64,000 nucleotides of DNA from contig CAVWDM010000019.1 in NCBI GenBank assembly GCA_963753755.1, positions 210,282-274,281 on the forward strand, written 5' to 3'. Source of the DNA: an uncultured Gammaproteobacteria bacterium. GTDB lineage: Bacteria; Pseudomonadota; Gammaproteobacteria; UBA9214. The translations under genes and the position numbers were made by a program. Shown here piece after piece: positions 8,616 to 21,095 of this stretch (the stretch's first letter is position 1; each line of letters starts with the position of its first letter). Under the pieces are notes generated by a model. The model was not told where the DNA came from. It ran no database searches and was given only the letters and a program-made list of their open reading frames with translations.

Positions 8616-9012
8616 GGGGGGTACTCCTCCTTGTATTTAGTTGTCATTTTTATCGCGCCTGGCTCACGGACAGCATGACTGTCACGCATAACCAGTGAAA
8701 ACAAAGTGTAGGATGTAATTACGTCCCGGGCAATGCATGATTACAACCCCGGTTGGATCGGGTCACCACGACGATCAGGAGCTGATCGAACCGGTGCGCA
8801 CGAATGCAGGTTGCTATGGGATGCGAAGATTCAACCCACTGTAATTATTAGAAATTCCTATGCTATATAAAGTCTGTGTATGTTAGCGTTTTGTGATAAG
8901 CATCTGCAGGGTGTAGGATTTTATTAATAGCCAAAAAACATATTAAGATGGCGAACAACAAGATCAGCTGGATTCAGTAAACAATAACAAGATGACATCT
9001 GTGGTGACCTAG

Positions 9013-9426
9013 ATGATTCGTGCAATAACATTTGTGTCGGTTTTTCTCCTGACGACAATTTCCATAGCCCGTGCCGAAGGCGGCGACTCTGCCTTGCTCA
9101 ACCTCGGGATCAAAGCAGACGAATTCGGTTATCAACATCAGGCTTTTCACAGGGTCGACACGAACCTGTCAGACCGGGAGTATGAGAAAATATACAGCCA
9201 CAATCAGGTGGTCGTGCGCAACACCCTGAGATCTTATTCAAGCAATGTGCTCAAGATGATCGGTATTCCGGAGGAGGGGGGGTATCTCATGGGCGCTGCC
9301 CTTGGCCTGGTTGTTAATGACCGGCTGGGGCTGGACTTAAACAAAAGCAAGACACTTGCCCTGGAACTCGAGGATGTGGATAAATCAGATCGTTCCCTGT
9401 ACTTCAGAATTAAACTGGATTGGTAA
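9013..9426 (+). CDS. Hypothetical secreted protein
   Basis: Signal-peptide-like N-terminus MIRAITFVSVFLLTTISIARA. No recognisable domain. Lies in AT-rich surroundings. Confidence 0.5.
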   Translation: MIRAITFVSVFLLTTISIARAEGGDSALLNLGIKADEFGYQHQAFHRVDTNLSDREYEKIYSHNQVVVRNTLRSYSSNVLKMIGIPEEGGYLMGAALGLVVNDRLGLDLNKSKTLALELEDVDKSDRSLYFRIKLDW

Positions 9427-9489
9427 CAGGCAGGGAACAGGGCATGTTGCTGTTCAGTTAGGCAAGCTTGCTGATGGTATTCCAGCGCA

Positions 9490-10614
9490 TCAATCTGTTA
9501 TTTCTGCTGTCTGCGGCGGGACCAGTTTCCAGTAGTTTGCACCGAGTTGCAGGTCGCGTTGCAGTCCGTTTCTGTCGGACGCCGGCTTGTCTTCGTTCAA
9601 CAGCTGATCGAGGTCATTGAGCACGATTTTATTGTACAGATGATAAAGATGACCGGAAGCCCGGCGCCTGCCAATTGCCGAGACATCGATGATCTCGATC
9701 CCGTCGAGATCCTGCAAATGTGCCCCCGTTACACCCAGGCGTGGGTAGCCATGCACCTCTTCTGACAGTGCAAGGGCATTGTCGTTGTCTGATACGTATA
9801 TCGTTATATTGCGCACCAGCGGGCGTATCACATCAAGGTATTGACTGAAGATACCCGCATCGATGTCTGCTGCAAGCAATACCAGACGATTCACCAAGGG
9901 TGTTTCACCGTTGTACTGGTCACTCATTCGCACAAGTGCCAGGAATGCGCCGCGGGTGCCCATACTGTGGCCGACGACATCGAGACTGCCTGCTCCGAAC
10001 GATCTGATCATGCGCTCCAGTGTTCGCTCGATAGCGGCGATGCTCCAGTAGATATCTGCTTCGTCATGGGTGTAATTCAACACTGTGTCATTCGAGGGCC
10101 AACTGAATAGCAGGAAACGACCCGCCAGTCGCAGTTTCTCCTGGAATAGTGCAGCGCGACTGCAGCCTTTTTTGAAGCCGATATTGTAGCCGTGTATATA
10201 TAGCAGTGGATGGTCATTGACTGCGACTGTCCTGGGTTTGCGCCAGAAGTCCCGCTCACTGACTTCGTATATGTCCTCTAGTTGTATTGTTCCCTGTGGA
10301 ATGTAGAAGGGCACAGTATTGGCAAGGGGTTCCAGCACGGGGATCGGCGTTCATGAAACCTCACAATAACCTGTGTGGACGGAATTTCTTTCATCACCAA
10401 AGTATTCAGCGGCTGTAGCACGACCGGTCTTGTTACGTAAGGTTACAAAGAGTACTGTCCGTCGAATGACATTTCCGCTGGCTGTCTCCACTGCTTCAGC
10501 AGGCTGACTATCTGCTGACTGTTGCTCATCGTCGCTGGCGCTGCACGCTGCAAGGAGCAGGCAGATTGCCGCAAGCATGAGGCCCGAGCGTAATTCGTTG
10601 GAAAGTCGTTGCAT
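9490..10614 (-). pseudogene. DUF900-type alpha/beta-hydrolase lipoprotein interrupted by an in-frame TGA
   Basis: ORFs 10351..10680 and 9490..10338 are in the same frame, separated only by TGA at 10351-10353 (...GYCEVS*TPIPVLEPL...). Lipobox LLLAAC, the HGYN motif and the nucleophile elbow GHSMG. Confidence 0.65.
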
Positions 10615-10862
10615 GATCAGCCGTTCATGAAAATTGCTATCTCGACGAGGGTGATCAGGTGCGTCCCATGATGTGATCACACACCATGGGACGTTTGTAG
10701 TTGAGTGATTTTAGTGAGCATTATGCTTCCTCACGACAACTGCTTCCAGTGAGAGGTCCACCGTCAGGCACTTGTCGCAGAAGCTACAGGCAACAATGGG
10801 TTCTTGTTGAGCCGTCAATCCGTCTGCTTTCAGCACATGGGGGCAAACCGAAACAGCAAGGA

Positions 10863-11249
10863 TTAATTGTAGCTGCCGCAGCCCCAGTAGCCCTGGCCAT
10901 CAAGGACGACCGCGACAGTGGTGTCAAAGGTCTTTCCAGCAGCGTCAGTGCATGATTGATTCATCACCTGAACGTTCATCTGGTGTCCGCTGGAATGTAC
11001 GAAGTAGATGATTTTCTCGCCGTTATCGCGAACGGTTGGCACTTGCTTGGGGTACTTGTAGCTGACGGTGCCCTCACTGGTTTTGAAATCGACAGCGTGG
11101 CTCTTGTTATTGATGTCCAGTGTCCAACCCGGTCCAGCACCGGTATAGCTTCTGCTTTCACGTGAATCGGTTGCCAGGCTTTGCTGGGATACCACGACCA
11201 GACCCGTAAGGACAAGAGCCGGAACTGATTTCAGTAATACCTTTTTCAT
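10863..11249 (-). CDS. Small secreted hypothetical protein (C-terminal C..D..G....GCG pattern)
   Basis: ATG at 11249 with the RBS GGGAGA. Signal peptide MKKVLLKSVPALVLTGLVVVSQQSLA. The family is uncertain. Confidence 0.55.
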   Translation of the reverse strand: MKKVLLKSVPALVLTGLVVVSQQSLATDSRESRSYTGAGPGWTLDINNKSHAVDFKTSEGTVSYKYPKQVPTVRDNGEKIIYFVHSSGHQMNVQVMNQSCTDAAGKTFDTTVAVVLDGQGYWGCGSYN

Positions 11250-11427
11250 TGATGATTCTCCCTTCGTCAAGATTAATGCTCCGAAGGTAATATTACAGTT
11301 GAGCTTCACTAAAAAAAACACGATTGTTCTGTTTTTCTCCTGGTGGGAGTGGGGTAACTGGCGAAATGGTGGATCGGTGCAGCTTGAGACGGTGGTGTAT
11401 CCACCGAAATTAACCGGGTCCATTATC

Positions 11428-11461
11428 TGAAAAACGGCAGGAGTATCATACCCCTGCCGTT
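11428..11461 (-). terminator. Rho-independent terminator downstream of the decayed sulfatase
   Basis: On the minus strand: aacggcagg-loop-cctgccgtt (9-bp perfect stem), running into TTTTTCAG. Confidence 0.6.
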
Positions 11462-11507
11462 CGCGTAGTTGCTTACTGCTATAGCCGTGGTTGACGTCGT
11501 CGGTGTG

Positions 11508-13065
11508 TCAACTTCCCGGTGGCGACAGTTTTTCCATGACTTGATCCAGACTGAAACTGGCTGCCTTCTGGCGTGGCGGAAATTCCTTGAAGGTCATGAG
11601 GAACTCGGCCACGTAGTCCTGAGCCGGCAATAACAGGTAACGGCTGGTCCAGCCACCAGTCATCATAGGTGTTGGAGGTGATCATGCCACGCTCGTAGGG
11701 GTCCCGGCGCAGGTTTCGATAATCAGTGGCGCACGCAGCGGGATGAACGGTTCACGCCAGGCCTGGAAGGTTGCCTCGGCACGCTGTTCCATGAAGATCG
11801 ATTTCCAGTCATTGTAGCGTAATGCAGTCAGGTCGCCATCATCAGAGAAATAAAAGATCTCCCGGCGTGGGCCATGCTCATCCTTGCCGGTGAGATATGG
11901 AAGAAAGTTATAGCCGTCGAGATGCACCTTGTAATCGCGACCATGGCATTGTATCCGGTGAGCAGCTTTTCCTTCACGTCCGGTTCACCTGCAATCGCAA
12001 GGAAGGTCGGCAACCAGTCCATGTGATGCATGATCTCGTTGGACCAGGTACCGGGCTTGATCTTGCCGGGCCAACGCACCGTGGCCGGCACACGCCAGCC
12101 ACCTTCCCAGTTGGTGTTCTTCTCACCGCGGAACGGTGTCATGGCGGCATCCGGCCAGGTGTTCATGTGCGGGCCGTTGTCGGTGGAATAGAACACCATG
12201 GTGTTATCGGCGATGCCGAGTTCATCGAGCTTGTCAAGGAACTTGCCGATGTGCATGTCGTGCTCAACCATGCCGTCAGCTGTATTCGTCCTGTCCGGAT
12301 ATTCCGCGCAATTCCTCTTTTACATGAGTACGAAAGTGCATGCGGTGCCACTCCACCATACGAACCAGGGTTTGCCGGCTTTGTGCTGCTCTTCGATAAA
12401 TCAATCGCACGGTCGGAGGTATCGTCATCGACGGTCTCCATGCGCTTCCTGGTCAGTGGGCCGGTGTCCTCGATCTTCTGGGTGCCATCCGGCATGGCAA
12501 ATGAGTGGATCACACCGCGAGGACCGAACTTCTTGCGGAAGTTTCCGGACTTCCTTCCGGATAGTCCTCGTTTTCCGGCTCTTCCTCGGCATTCAGGTGA
12601 TAGAGGTTGCCATAGAATTCATCGAAACCATGATTGGTGGGCAGCATCTCGTCCTTGTCGCCAAGATGATTCTTGCCGAACTGACCGGTGGCATAACCCT
12701 GGTTCTTCAGCAGGCCGGCAATCGTCGGGTCCTCGGCCTCGCATCCCCGCGTCTGCGCCCGGCAGGCCAACCTTTGACAGACCGGTACGGAACACGCTCT
12801 GTCCCATGATGAACGAGGAGCGACCCGCCGTGCAGCACTGCTCACCGTAATAATCGGTAAAGGTCATGCCTTCTCTGGCGATGCGATCGATGTTCGGCGT
12901 CGTGTAGCCCATCAAGCCGTGGGTATAGGTCGAAATATTCGACTGGCCAATGTCATCGCCCCAGATAACAAGAATGTTGGGTTTATCTGCTGCCATCACA
13001 TGCAGAGAAAACAGTAAAATTGATGCCAGGATGGGTAGTCTGATTAATTGTTTTACGATATACAT
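11508..13065 (-). pseudogene. Arylsulfatase pseudogene (paralogue of 7047..8615, multiple frameshifts)
   Basis: Sulfatase-homologous pieces are spread over at least 6 ORFs in different frames (12619..13149, 12510..12845, 12163..12513, 11828..12271, 11682..11927, 11479..11685). Collinear motifs are retained: [41 protein letters not shown]. Confidence 0.85.
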
Positions 13066-13160
13066 ATTTTTTGCTCCTCCATAAGGCGATTCTTGTGTCG
13101 AGAGGTGAACTATAGGAATTTCTGCTAGAGTTGCATCAGGAATATCCAAAAAACGAAAAT

Positions 13161-14114
13161 ATGTCGACTCAAATCACTACGAATCCACCGGTGGCCACTC
13201 GGTCTGAGATACAGTCCCTGCGTTTGTTTGATGCAGACGCTTTATCAGAAGCGGTGCGCTCGAGCAGCTTCGAGCATGTGCAACTCGAGCGCGGGGACTT
13301 CCGGGCTGAGCTTAAACATATACAACTTGGCCGTTTGGCAATCGACTCCGGCTGTTACACGCGAAAGCTGTTAGCACGGGGTGACTTCCCGGCCGGAAAA
13401 ATCATTCTGGGTTGTGTGCTGGATAGCCGTGAGGAGGGCTGCATCAATGGCTACCGCTTCCGGCACAACGATGTCGTGATCTTCCCGGAAGGTGCCGAAC
13501 TCGACTACATACTGCCAGCCGCTACTACCTGGTGCTCAATTCAGCTTCCAGAGGCCCTACTGGAAGAAGCTGGATGCGCAAAGATGAGTCCCGACACAAT
13601 AAGTGTCTTTCCTGGAAACCGGCACCTGGCCCAGCTGATGAGCGCCTCATGAGGCGCACGCCAATTCGCGTAAACGGTTCCGTACGGTCCATCAGCCAAC
13701 GAGGAGAACTTGCTGGAGCAGATTAGACAAGTATTAAATCGTTACTTCGACGAGGATACTAACGTTCGCCGACCGAGCCTGCGAAACCGCATGGCCCTAT
13801 TGCGACAATTTGAGCACAAGGTGAGAGAGCGTATTGATACGGTCGTTCGTATCCCCGAGCTGTGCACCGAGCTGGGCGTGAGCGACCGCGTACTAGAGTA
13901 TCTCGTCAAAGAAGATATCGGCATGACGCCCAAGCAATATGTCAATGTGTTACGGTTGAATGCAGTCCGGCGGGAACTGTTACTGACCAATATTGAGCAT
14001 GGGTCGATACTGAAGGTTGCCAGGCGCCACGGCGTCAGGCATCTCGGGCGATTCGCCTCCCAATACCGGCAGCAATTTGACGAGCTTCCTTCCTGGACGC
14101 TCAGGGTTAGATAA
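13161..14114 (+). pseudogene. AraC-family transcriptional regulator interrupted by in-frame stops
   Basis: The N-terminal sensor part (13131..13652) and the C-terminal HTH part (13710..14114, RIPELCTELGVSDRVLEYL...RHLGRFASQYRQQF) are in the same frame, separated by TGA 13650-13652 and TAA 13671-13673. The gene is divergent from the sulfatase pseudogene. Confidence 0.75.
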
Positions 14115-14391
14115 ACCGGTAACGATTGCGTGTTTGCAGGTTGCCAGGGATATGAGGGTCAGAGAAACGATGCACAAAGGCACTGGACAGCTTAAAGGCC
14201 TTTCCGGAAATCCAGGCCATGCTGGTCAGTATGCCGGATTACATGAACAGTGGATTCCATACGGCAAATGTAAGACTCGCTCACGAAATGGCAAATCTCA
14301 TTGACGAGGACGTGGTCACCAATACGCTGGCCAACCGTGAAAGACAACCCCAGCTCAATCATGCAGCTCATCCTTAGAATTAACGAAAAAG

Positions 14392-14637
14392 ATGCCGCCT
14401 GGCAGTACCCTGTGGATAGTCTCTCCCTACCTGTTTATTGCCCGATATTACGACGAGGACGGGAACCTGGTGGAGGACGGTGTAGCACATGTTCACAACT
14501 GGCTGAATGCCGATCCGGACAGTCGTATAGAGGTCATCACCAACTCTGTGCTGACCAGTGATAACTTCATGGTGCAGTCCGATATAGATATGGAGATGGG
14601 ACCACGCCTGTTGTTGACGCCTGAACAACAGGGCTGA
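14392..14637 (+). pseudogene. Phospholipase D-family gene remnant
   Basis: Short ORF with IVSPYL and RIEVITNSVLTSD, which resemble the mid-section of PLD/cardiolipin-synthase-like proteins. No HKD motif. Truncated, with a further broken frame upstream (about 14180-14390). Confidence 0.4.
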
Positions 14638-14731
14638 AAACAGGCCAGGGACAGTCTCGCTTGATGTGTACATCCTGCTTCCAGTTGTGGATTAAAGCGG
14701 TGAAAGCAGAACGGCTACGGAGGATAATTTG

Positions 14732-15313
14732 ATGCGTAAAAAATCAGTCGTGATGGCTATCGTTATGACAGCCGTGTTATTGCCGCTGCAAGTAACGGCG
14801 GCCTGCAAGGAGAAACTGGCTGAAGTCGATTTGCGCATGGCCAGTCCGCAGATGGATGCTAACCAGCGCAATGCCGTGCAGATGTTTCGCGATCAGGCTG
14901 CCGAAATGTGTGCCCAGGGTCACGAGGCAACCGCCATGCAGACGCTGGGCCTTATCGAGATGATGTTACCACCGTCGCAGGCACAGCAGGCACAAGCCGT
15001 TGCTGACAGGGAAGCGGATGAATTGACCAAGGCACGCCTGAGCAACGAATTCCTGGCAGGCGTCTGGTGTTCCATGAGCGGAGAGGAGCGGGTACAACTG
15101 GTGTTTATGGCCAACGGCACCTATCAACCCTGCTTTCCTGACAGTATGACGATGGGGTATGGGCAGTGCGGGCCCTCGCGACCGACCAGGGACTGGCTTG
15201 ATGAATATGAGCGTGACGAGTCCCTGGACAGGGACGAAATGGCGCTGGGCTCCAGGCGCTATCCCGTTAGCATGGTTTACAAAAGGGGCGAATGCAAATT
15301 GCATGGACGATAA
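14732..15313 (+). CDS. Hypothetical secreted protein
   Basis: GGAGGA RBS 7 nt before the ATG. Signal peptide ...VLLPLQVTAA. Cys-containing C-terminal half. No recognisable domain. Confidence 0.5.
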   Translation: MRKKSVVMAIVMTAVLLPLQVTAACKEKLAEVDLRMASPQMDANQRNAVQMFRDQAAEMCAQGHEATAMQTLGLIEMMLPPSQAQQAQAVADREADELTKARLSNEFLAGVWCSMSGEERVQLVFMANGTYQPCFPDSMTMGYGQCGPSRPTRDWLDEYERDESLDRDEMALGSRRYPVSMVYKRGECKLHGR

Positions 15314-15364
15314 GTGACGTTCAAGCCATGAAGCTGAACTTCTGTTCTGTGTCGTCTTTTTATC

Positions 15365-15874
15365 ATGTCTTGCACTGACCTCTCTTCAATCAGGATCGCT
15401 GATAAGGATCTGGCCCAGGCGGCCACCTTGACCAGTATCCTCTATTCTGTCGCCTGGCTTATCGTTGTCTACACCACGAACGTGGCGCATGAATTGCCTC
15501 TCGTCAGCATGTCGGGCATCCTGGTGCTTGGGCTGGTATTTGCCGCCCGCCTTGTTCTGGGCATGGGATTCGACAGGATTTACGAGCGTCTGACCTGTCA
15601 GCGCTGGCAACAAGCCTATGGGGCAACTGTGCTTGTGAATGCGGGCACCTGGGGCGGGCTGAATGCGATTCTGATCTGGTACTATTTCCCGTCCTGGCCT
15701 GCCTATCTGATCTCGTTCTGTACCGCCGGACTAGCCGCGGGAGGTACGACCGCGACACACACGCACCTGCGCCTGTCGCGGGCGTTTGTCGTACTCATGC
15801 TGGTACCCAGCGCTATGACATTGATGATGGTTAATGAGGTGGGTAGCAGGGTCATCGGTCTTGTTTGTTCCTGA
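15365..15874 (+). CDS. Polytopic membrane module, probably the N-terminal sensor part of the following histidine kinase
   Basis: 5-6 hydrophobic helices. The ORF ends inside a helix (VIGLVCS*), and the next frame continues it ([14 protein letters not shown]). Confidence 0.6.
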   Translation: MSCTDLSSIRIADKDLAQAATLTSILYSVAWLIVVYTTNVAHELPLVSMSGILVLGLVFAARLVLGMGFDRIYERLTCQRWQQAYGATVLVNAGTWGGLNAILIWYYFPSWPAYLISFCTAGLAAGGTTATHTHLRLSRAFVVLMLVPSAMTLMMVNEVGSRVIGLVCS

Positions 15875-17532
15875 TGATACTAAGTCGACAGTTGAATCGG
15901 CGCTACTGGGACGCAATGCGGAATTCACGCCTGCTCGAGGAGCAGGTGGTGCAATTGCAGGAAGCCCGCGAGCAGGCCGAGGCAGCCAATCGCGCCAAGA
16001 GCCAGTTCCTGGCGAATATGAGCCATGAGATTCGTACACCATTGAATGCGGTACTGGGACTTGCCCGGGTCGGCACGCGTAGCAGCCATGATCTGAAGGC
16101 CAGGGACCGCTTCGGCTATATACTCGCTTCCGGGCGGCACCTGCTGGGCATTGTCAACGAGATACTTGATCTCTCGAAGCTGGATGCGGGGAAACTTCGT
16201 GTTGATTCTCTCCCCTTTGAACTGGTTGCCAATGTCAATGACGCATTGAGTCTTGTACGGGAGTCTGCGCATGCGAAGCAACTGACGCTCACTGTCGAGT
16301 TTGATCCGGAACTCCCTGAGTGGGTCACGGGTGACCCCCGGCGTCTGCGCCAGATACTGGTAAACCTGCTTGGTAATGCAATTAAATTCACCTTGCAGGG
16401 CGAGGTCAGACTGACGGTGTATGCGGTCAATAAGCAAATCTGCTTTGCGGTGATGGATACCGGTATCGGCATGGATAATGCGCAGATTACAGACTTGTTC
16501 GAGGCCTTTGAGCAGGCTGACGGCAAGACCACGCGCCGCTTTGGCGGCACCGGACTGGGACTCGCCATCAGCCGCGACCTGGCCACGCTGATGGGCGGTC
16601 ATGTTACCGTCGAGAGTGTGCTCGACCAGGGCAGCACCTTTACCTTGTGTCTGCCACTGACACAGACACGACAACCCGATCATCCCGTACAAAGGGAGCC
16701 CCAAACCAGCGGTGACCGCCTGGCCGGCCTGACCGTGCTGGCCGTTGAGGACGATGAACTTAATCGAATGGTGCTCAGGGAGATGCTGGAATACGAGGGT
16801 GCCACCGTCGTGCTCACCAATAATGGCCAGCAGGCCCTCGACCGTTTGGAGAAACTCGGCCCCGCATCATTCGATATCGCAATAATGGACGTGCAGATGC
16901 CGGAAATGGACGGTTATGAAACGACCCGACGTATTCATGCAGTTGCGCCTACACTACCCGTGATCGGACTGACTGCACACGCAATGGTCGAAGAAAGGGA
17001 TCGTTGTCTGGCTGCAGGCATGGTGGCCCACGTCAGCAAGCCGGTAGACGAGGATTATCTGGTGGCCGTTCTGCTGCAACAACTGCTGCACGCAGGCGTG
17101 CAGCAAGACCACGCATCGACAGAGATGGTAAATATAAAACCTTCACCGGTGCTTGACGAGCGGCGGCACAGTTTACTGGCTGGCATTGATGCCGATGGCG
17201 CCATGAAAAATCTGAAATGCGACTGGTCAACCTTCAGGAAAATACTCTGGAGTTTTTACACCCAACGCTGTCACAGCAGCGAAGAGATCGGTACATTACT
17301 TGCGCGGGGCGCCATCGAGGAAGCCAGGGATATTGCCCACGGAATAAGGGGTGGCAGTGGTTATCTGGGCGCATGGAAGCTCCACCAGCAGGCCACAGCC
17401 ATGGAAGAAGCCTGTATGACGGGTGATCTGGATATTGCAATGCAACACATGCCGCCGTTTTGCCTGAGCCTTGAGGAGGTGATTGGCAGCATTGAAGGAC
17501 TGGACGAGGAGGGGTCAGGTAAACAATCGTGA
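15865..17532 (+). CDS. Hybrid sensor histidine kinase (HisKA-HATPase-REC-Hpt)
   Basis: H-box [13 protein letters not shown]-box [10 protein letters not shown]-boxes DTGIGM and GGTGLGLAI, receiver VEDDELN...[10 protein letters not shown], and Hpt [13 protein letters not shown]. Confidence 0.9.
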   Translation: MFLMILSRQLNRRYWDAMRNSRLLEEQVVQLQEAREQAEAANRAKSQFLANMSHEIRTPLNAVLGLARVGTRSSHDLKARDRFGYILASGRHLLGIVNEILDLSKLDAGKLRVDSLPFELVANVNDALSLVRESAHAKQLTLTVEFDPELPEWVTGDPRRLRQILVNLLGNAIKFTLQGEVRLTVYAVNKQICFAVMDTGIGMDNAQITDLFEAFEQADGKTTRRFGGTGLGLAISRDLATLMGGHVTVESVLDQGSTFTLCLPLTQTRQPDHPVQREPQTSGDRLAGLTVLAVEDDELNRMVLREMLEYEGATVVLTNNGQQALDRLEKLGPASFDIAIMDVQMPEMDGYETTRRIHAVAPTLPVIGLTAHAMVEERDRCLAAGMVAHVSKPVDEDYLVAVLLQQLLHAGVQQDHASTEMVNIKPSPVLDERRHSLLAGIDADGAMKNLKCDWSTFRKILWSFYTQRCHSSEEIGTLLARGAIEEARDIAHGIRGGSGYLGAWKLHQQATAMEEACMTGDLDIAMQHMPPFCLSLEEVIGSIEGLDEEGSGKQS

Positions 17533-17996
17533 GAATTGAACGCAGCCTGCGGGAGGTCGAGGTGCTGGCGCTGGAGCTGCAGGCGCCACTGTCACTTGAT
17601 GGGGCAACCCGTGTGGGTGACGTGATCAGGGCGATGCAGGAGGGTGGCCTGGGTTATGCACTGATCACGGAAAGCAACCGCCTTGCCGGGATTTTTACGG
17701 AACGCGATGTGTTCCTGTCCGTGCTTGGCCATGATGATGTACTGGTGCGGCCGGTCTCCCGGTACATGAGCCCTGATCCGGTCTGCGTTGCCGCAGAGGA
17801 CCCGGTCCACAAGGCACTGCTGCTGATGCACCAGGGCGGCCATCGCCAGATTCCGATTGTCGACGCGACCGGGCAGGTTGCCGGTTGTGTGCGTCACAAG
17901 GATATCGCTGCCTACCTGGTCGATCACTTTGCCGAGCATGTGCTCAACCTGCCACCGGACCCGGAGCAAATCGCACGCACTCCGGAAGGCGGGTAA
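17529..17996 (+). CDS. CBS-pair domain protein
   Basis: Two CBS motifs ([10 protein letters not shown]; [10 protein letters not shown]). The GTG start overlaps the kinase stop (GTGA). Confidence 0.8.
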   Translation: MRIERSLREVEVLALELQAPLSLDGATRVGDVIRAMQEGGLGYALITESNRLAGIFTERDVFLSVLGHDDVLVRPVSRYMSPDPVCVAAEDPVHKALLLMHQGGHRQIPIVDATGQVAGCVRHKDIAAYLVDHFAEHVLNLPPDPEQIARTPEGG

Positions 17997-18039
17997 ACCA
18001 TGTGTCACCTGTTCATGGAATCTACGGTTTCTTCCCGCA

Positions 18040-18129
18040 TCGTCGCACCGGCACAGTCGGTCATCCCGGTACAACCCGTCATGCCGGCACATGCCGACAC
18101 CCCGTCACAAACCGTCATCCCGGCGCTGG
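18040..18129. repeat. Degenerate 18-bp tandem repeat x5 upstream of korA
   Basis: The core CCGTCAT(C/G)CCGG recurs at 18058, 18076 and 18112, with weaker copies at about 18040 and 18094 (18-bp phase). Confidence 0.6.
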
Positions 18130-18201
18130 TCGAGATCCAGTGTTTTCAGCGCAACGGTTGCCGGCTTCCACCGGCATGACGAACAAATTGAGTACCCTGA
18201 A

Positions 18202-20042
<1,841 letters not shown>

Positions 20043-20046
<4 letters not shown>

Positions 20047-21095
20047 ATGCAGATACGAACGCCGGGCAAGGGCCCGTCAGGCTCACGCGCAAGGATTTCG
20101 CCTCCAGCCAGGATGTGCGCTGGTGCCCGGGCTGTGGCAATAATGCCATCCTGGCGCAGATGCAGAAGACGCTGCCCGAACTGGGTATCCCGCGCGAGAA
20201 CATCGTGATCATCTCGGGGATTGGTTGCTCCAGTCGCTTCCCGTATTACATGAATACCTACGGCATACACTCCATCCATGGGCGGGCACCGACACTGGCG
20301 ATGGGGCTCAAGGCGGCGCGTCCCGAACTGCAGGTGTGGGTGGTGACTGGTGATGGTGACGGCCTGGCGATCGGCGGTAACCACCTCACCCATGCGCTGC
20401 GTCGCAATGTCGATATCAACATCCTGCTGTTCAATAACCGCATCTACGGACTGACCAAGGGCCAGTATTCACCGACCTCCAGTATCGGTGCGCGGACCAG
20501 TTCCAGTCCGGATGGCTCGATTGAAAATCCGGTGAATCCCGTCGGTATCGCCATCGGCGCCGAGGCCAGCTTTATCGCACGTACCGTGGATGTCTTCCAG
20601 AAGCACATGTCCGGGGTGTTGCGGCGTTCCGCAGACCACCGCGGCGCCGCCCTGGTCGAGATCGCGCAAAACTGCATCATCTTCAACGATGCTACCTGGG
20701 GGCACATCACCGACCCCGACCGGCGTCTTGACCACGTTCTGTACCTGGAGCACGGCAAACCAATGCGGTTCGGAAAGCAGGGCGAGAAGGGCATACGCCT
20801 GAATGGACTCAAACCCGAAGTGGTGCAGGTCGCGGAAGTGGGTGAGGAGAACCTGCTGATCCATGATGAGCGCGCCAGCGAGCCGACCCTGGCGTATCTG
20901 CTGTCGCGCATGGGACCACCGGATTTCCCGACACCGCTGGGCGTGTTTCGTGCGATTGACAAACCGGTGTACAGCGAACTGCTCGCGGAGCAGGTGCGCC
21001 ATGCACGGGCGGCAAAGGTGGCTGACCTGGAGGCGCTGTTTCGCCAGGGTGAAACCTGGGAAATACCTGAATCAGACAACGGAGAAGCACGATGA
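20043..21095 (+). CDS. korB: 2-oxoacid:ferredoxin oxidoreductase beta subunit (TPP-binding)
   Basis: WCPGCGNNAIL, GIGCSSRFPYYM, VVTGDGDGLAIGGNH, and LLFNNRIYGLTKGQ. ATGA overlap with korA. Confidence 0.92.

Noticed and set aside
8706-8919. Direct 9-mer repeat gtgtaggat (8706 and 8911) in the sulfatase upstream region as regulator sites
   Set aside because: A single 9-mer recurrence within a 400-bp AT-rich spacer is close to chance expectation.
10351-10353. In-frame TGA in the DUF900 gene as a selenocysteine codon
   Set aside because: I could fold no SECIS-like hairpin in the 40 nt downstream on the coding strand. The position is in a linker, not a redox motif, and neighbouring genes are also decaying. 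A nonsense mutation is the simpler explanation.
15925-16704. Long antisense ORFs (this one, plus 18841..19839, 20444..21307, 35515..36189, 59159..60118 and 61974..63020)
   Set aside because: Each lies opposite a gene with unambiguous family motifs (kinase, korA, korB, halogenase, leuS, proA). They are Arg/Gly/His-rich without motifs, so I treat them as GC-driven shadow ORFs.
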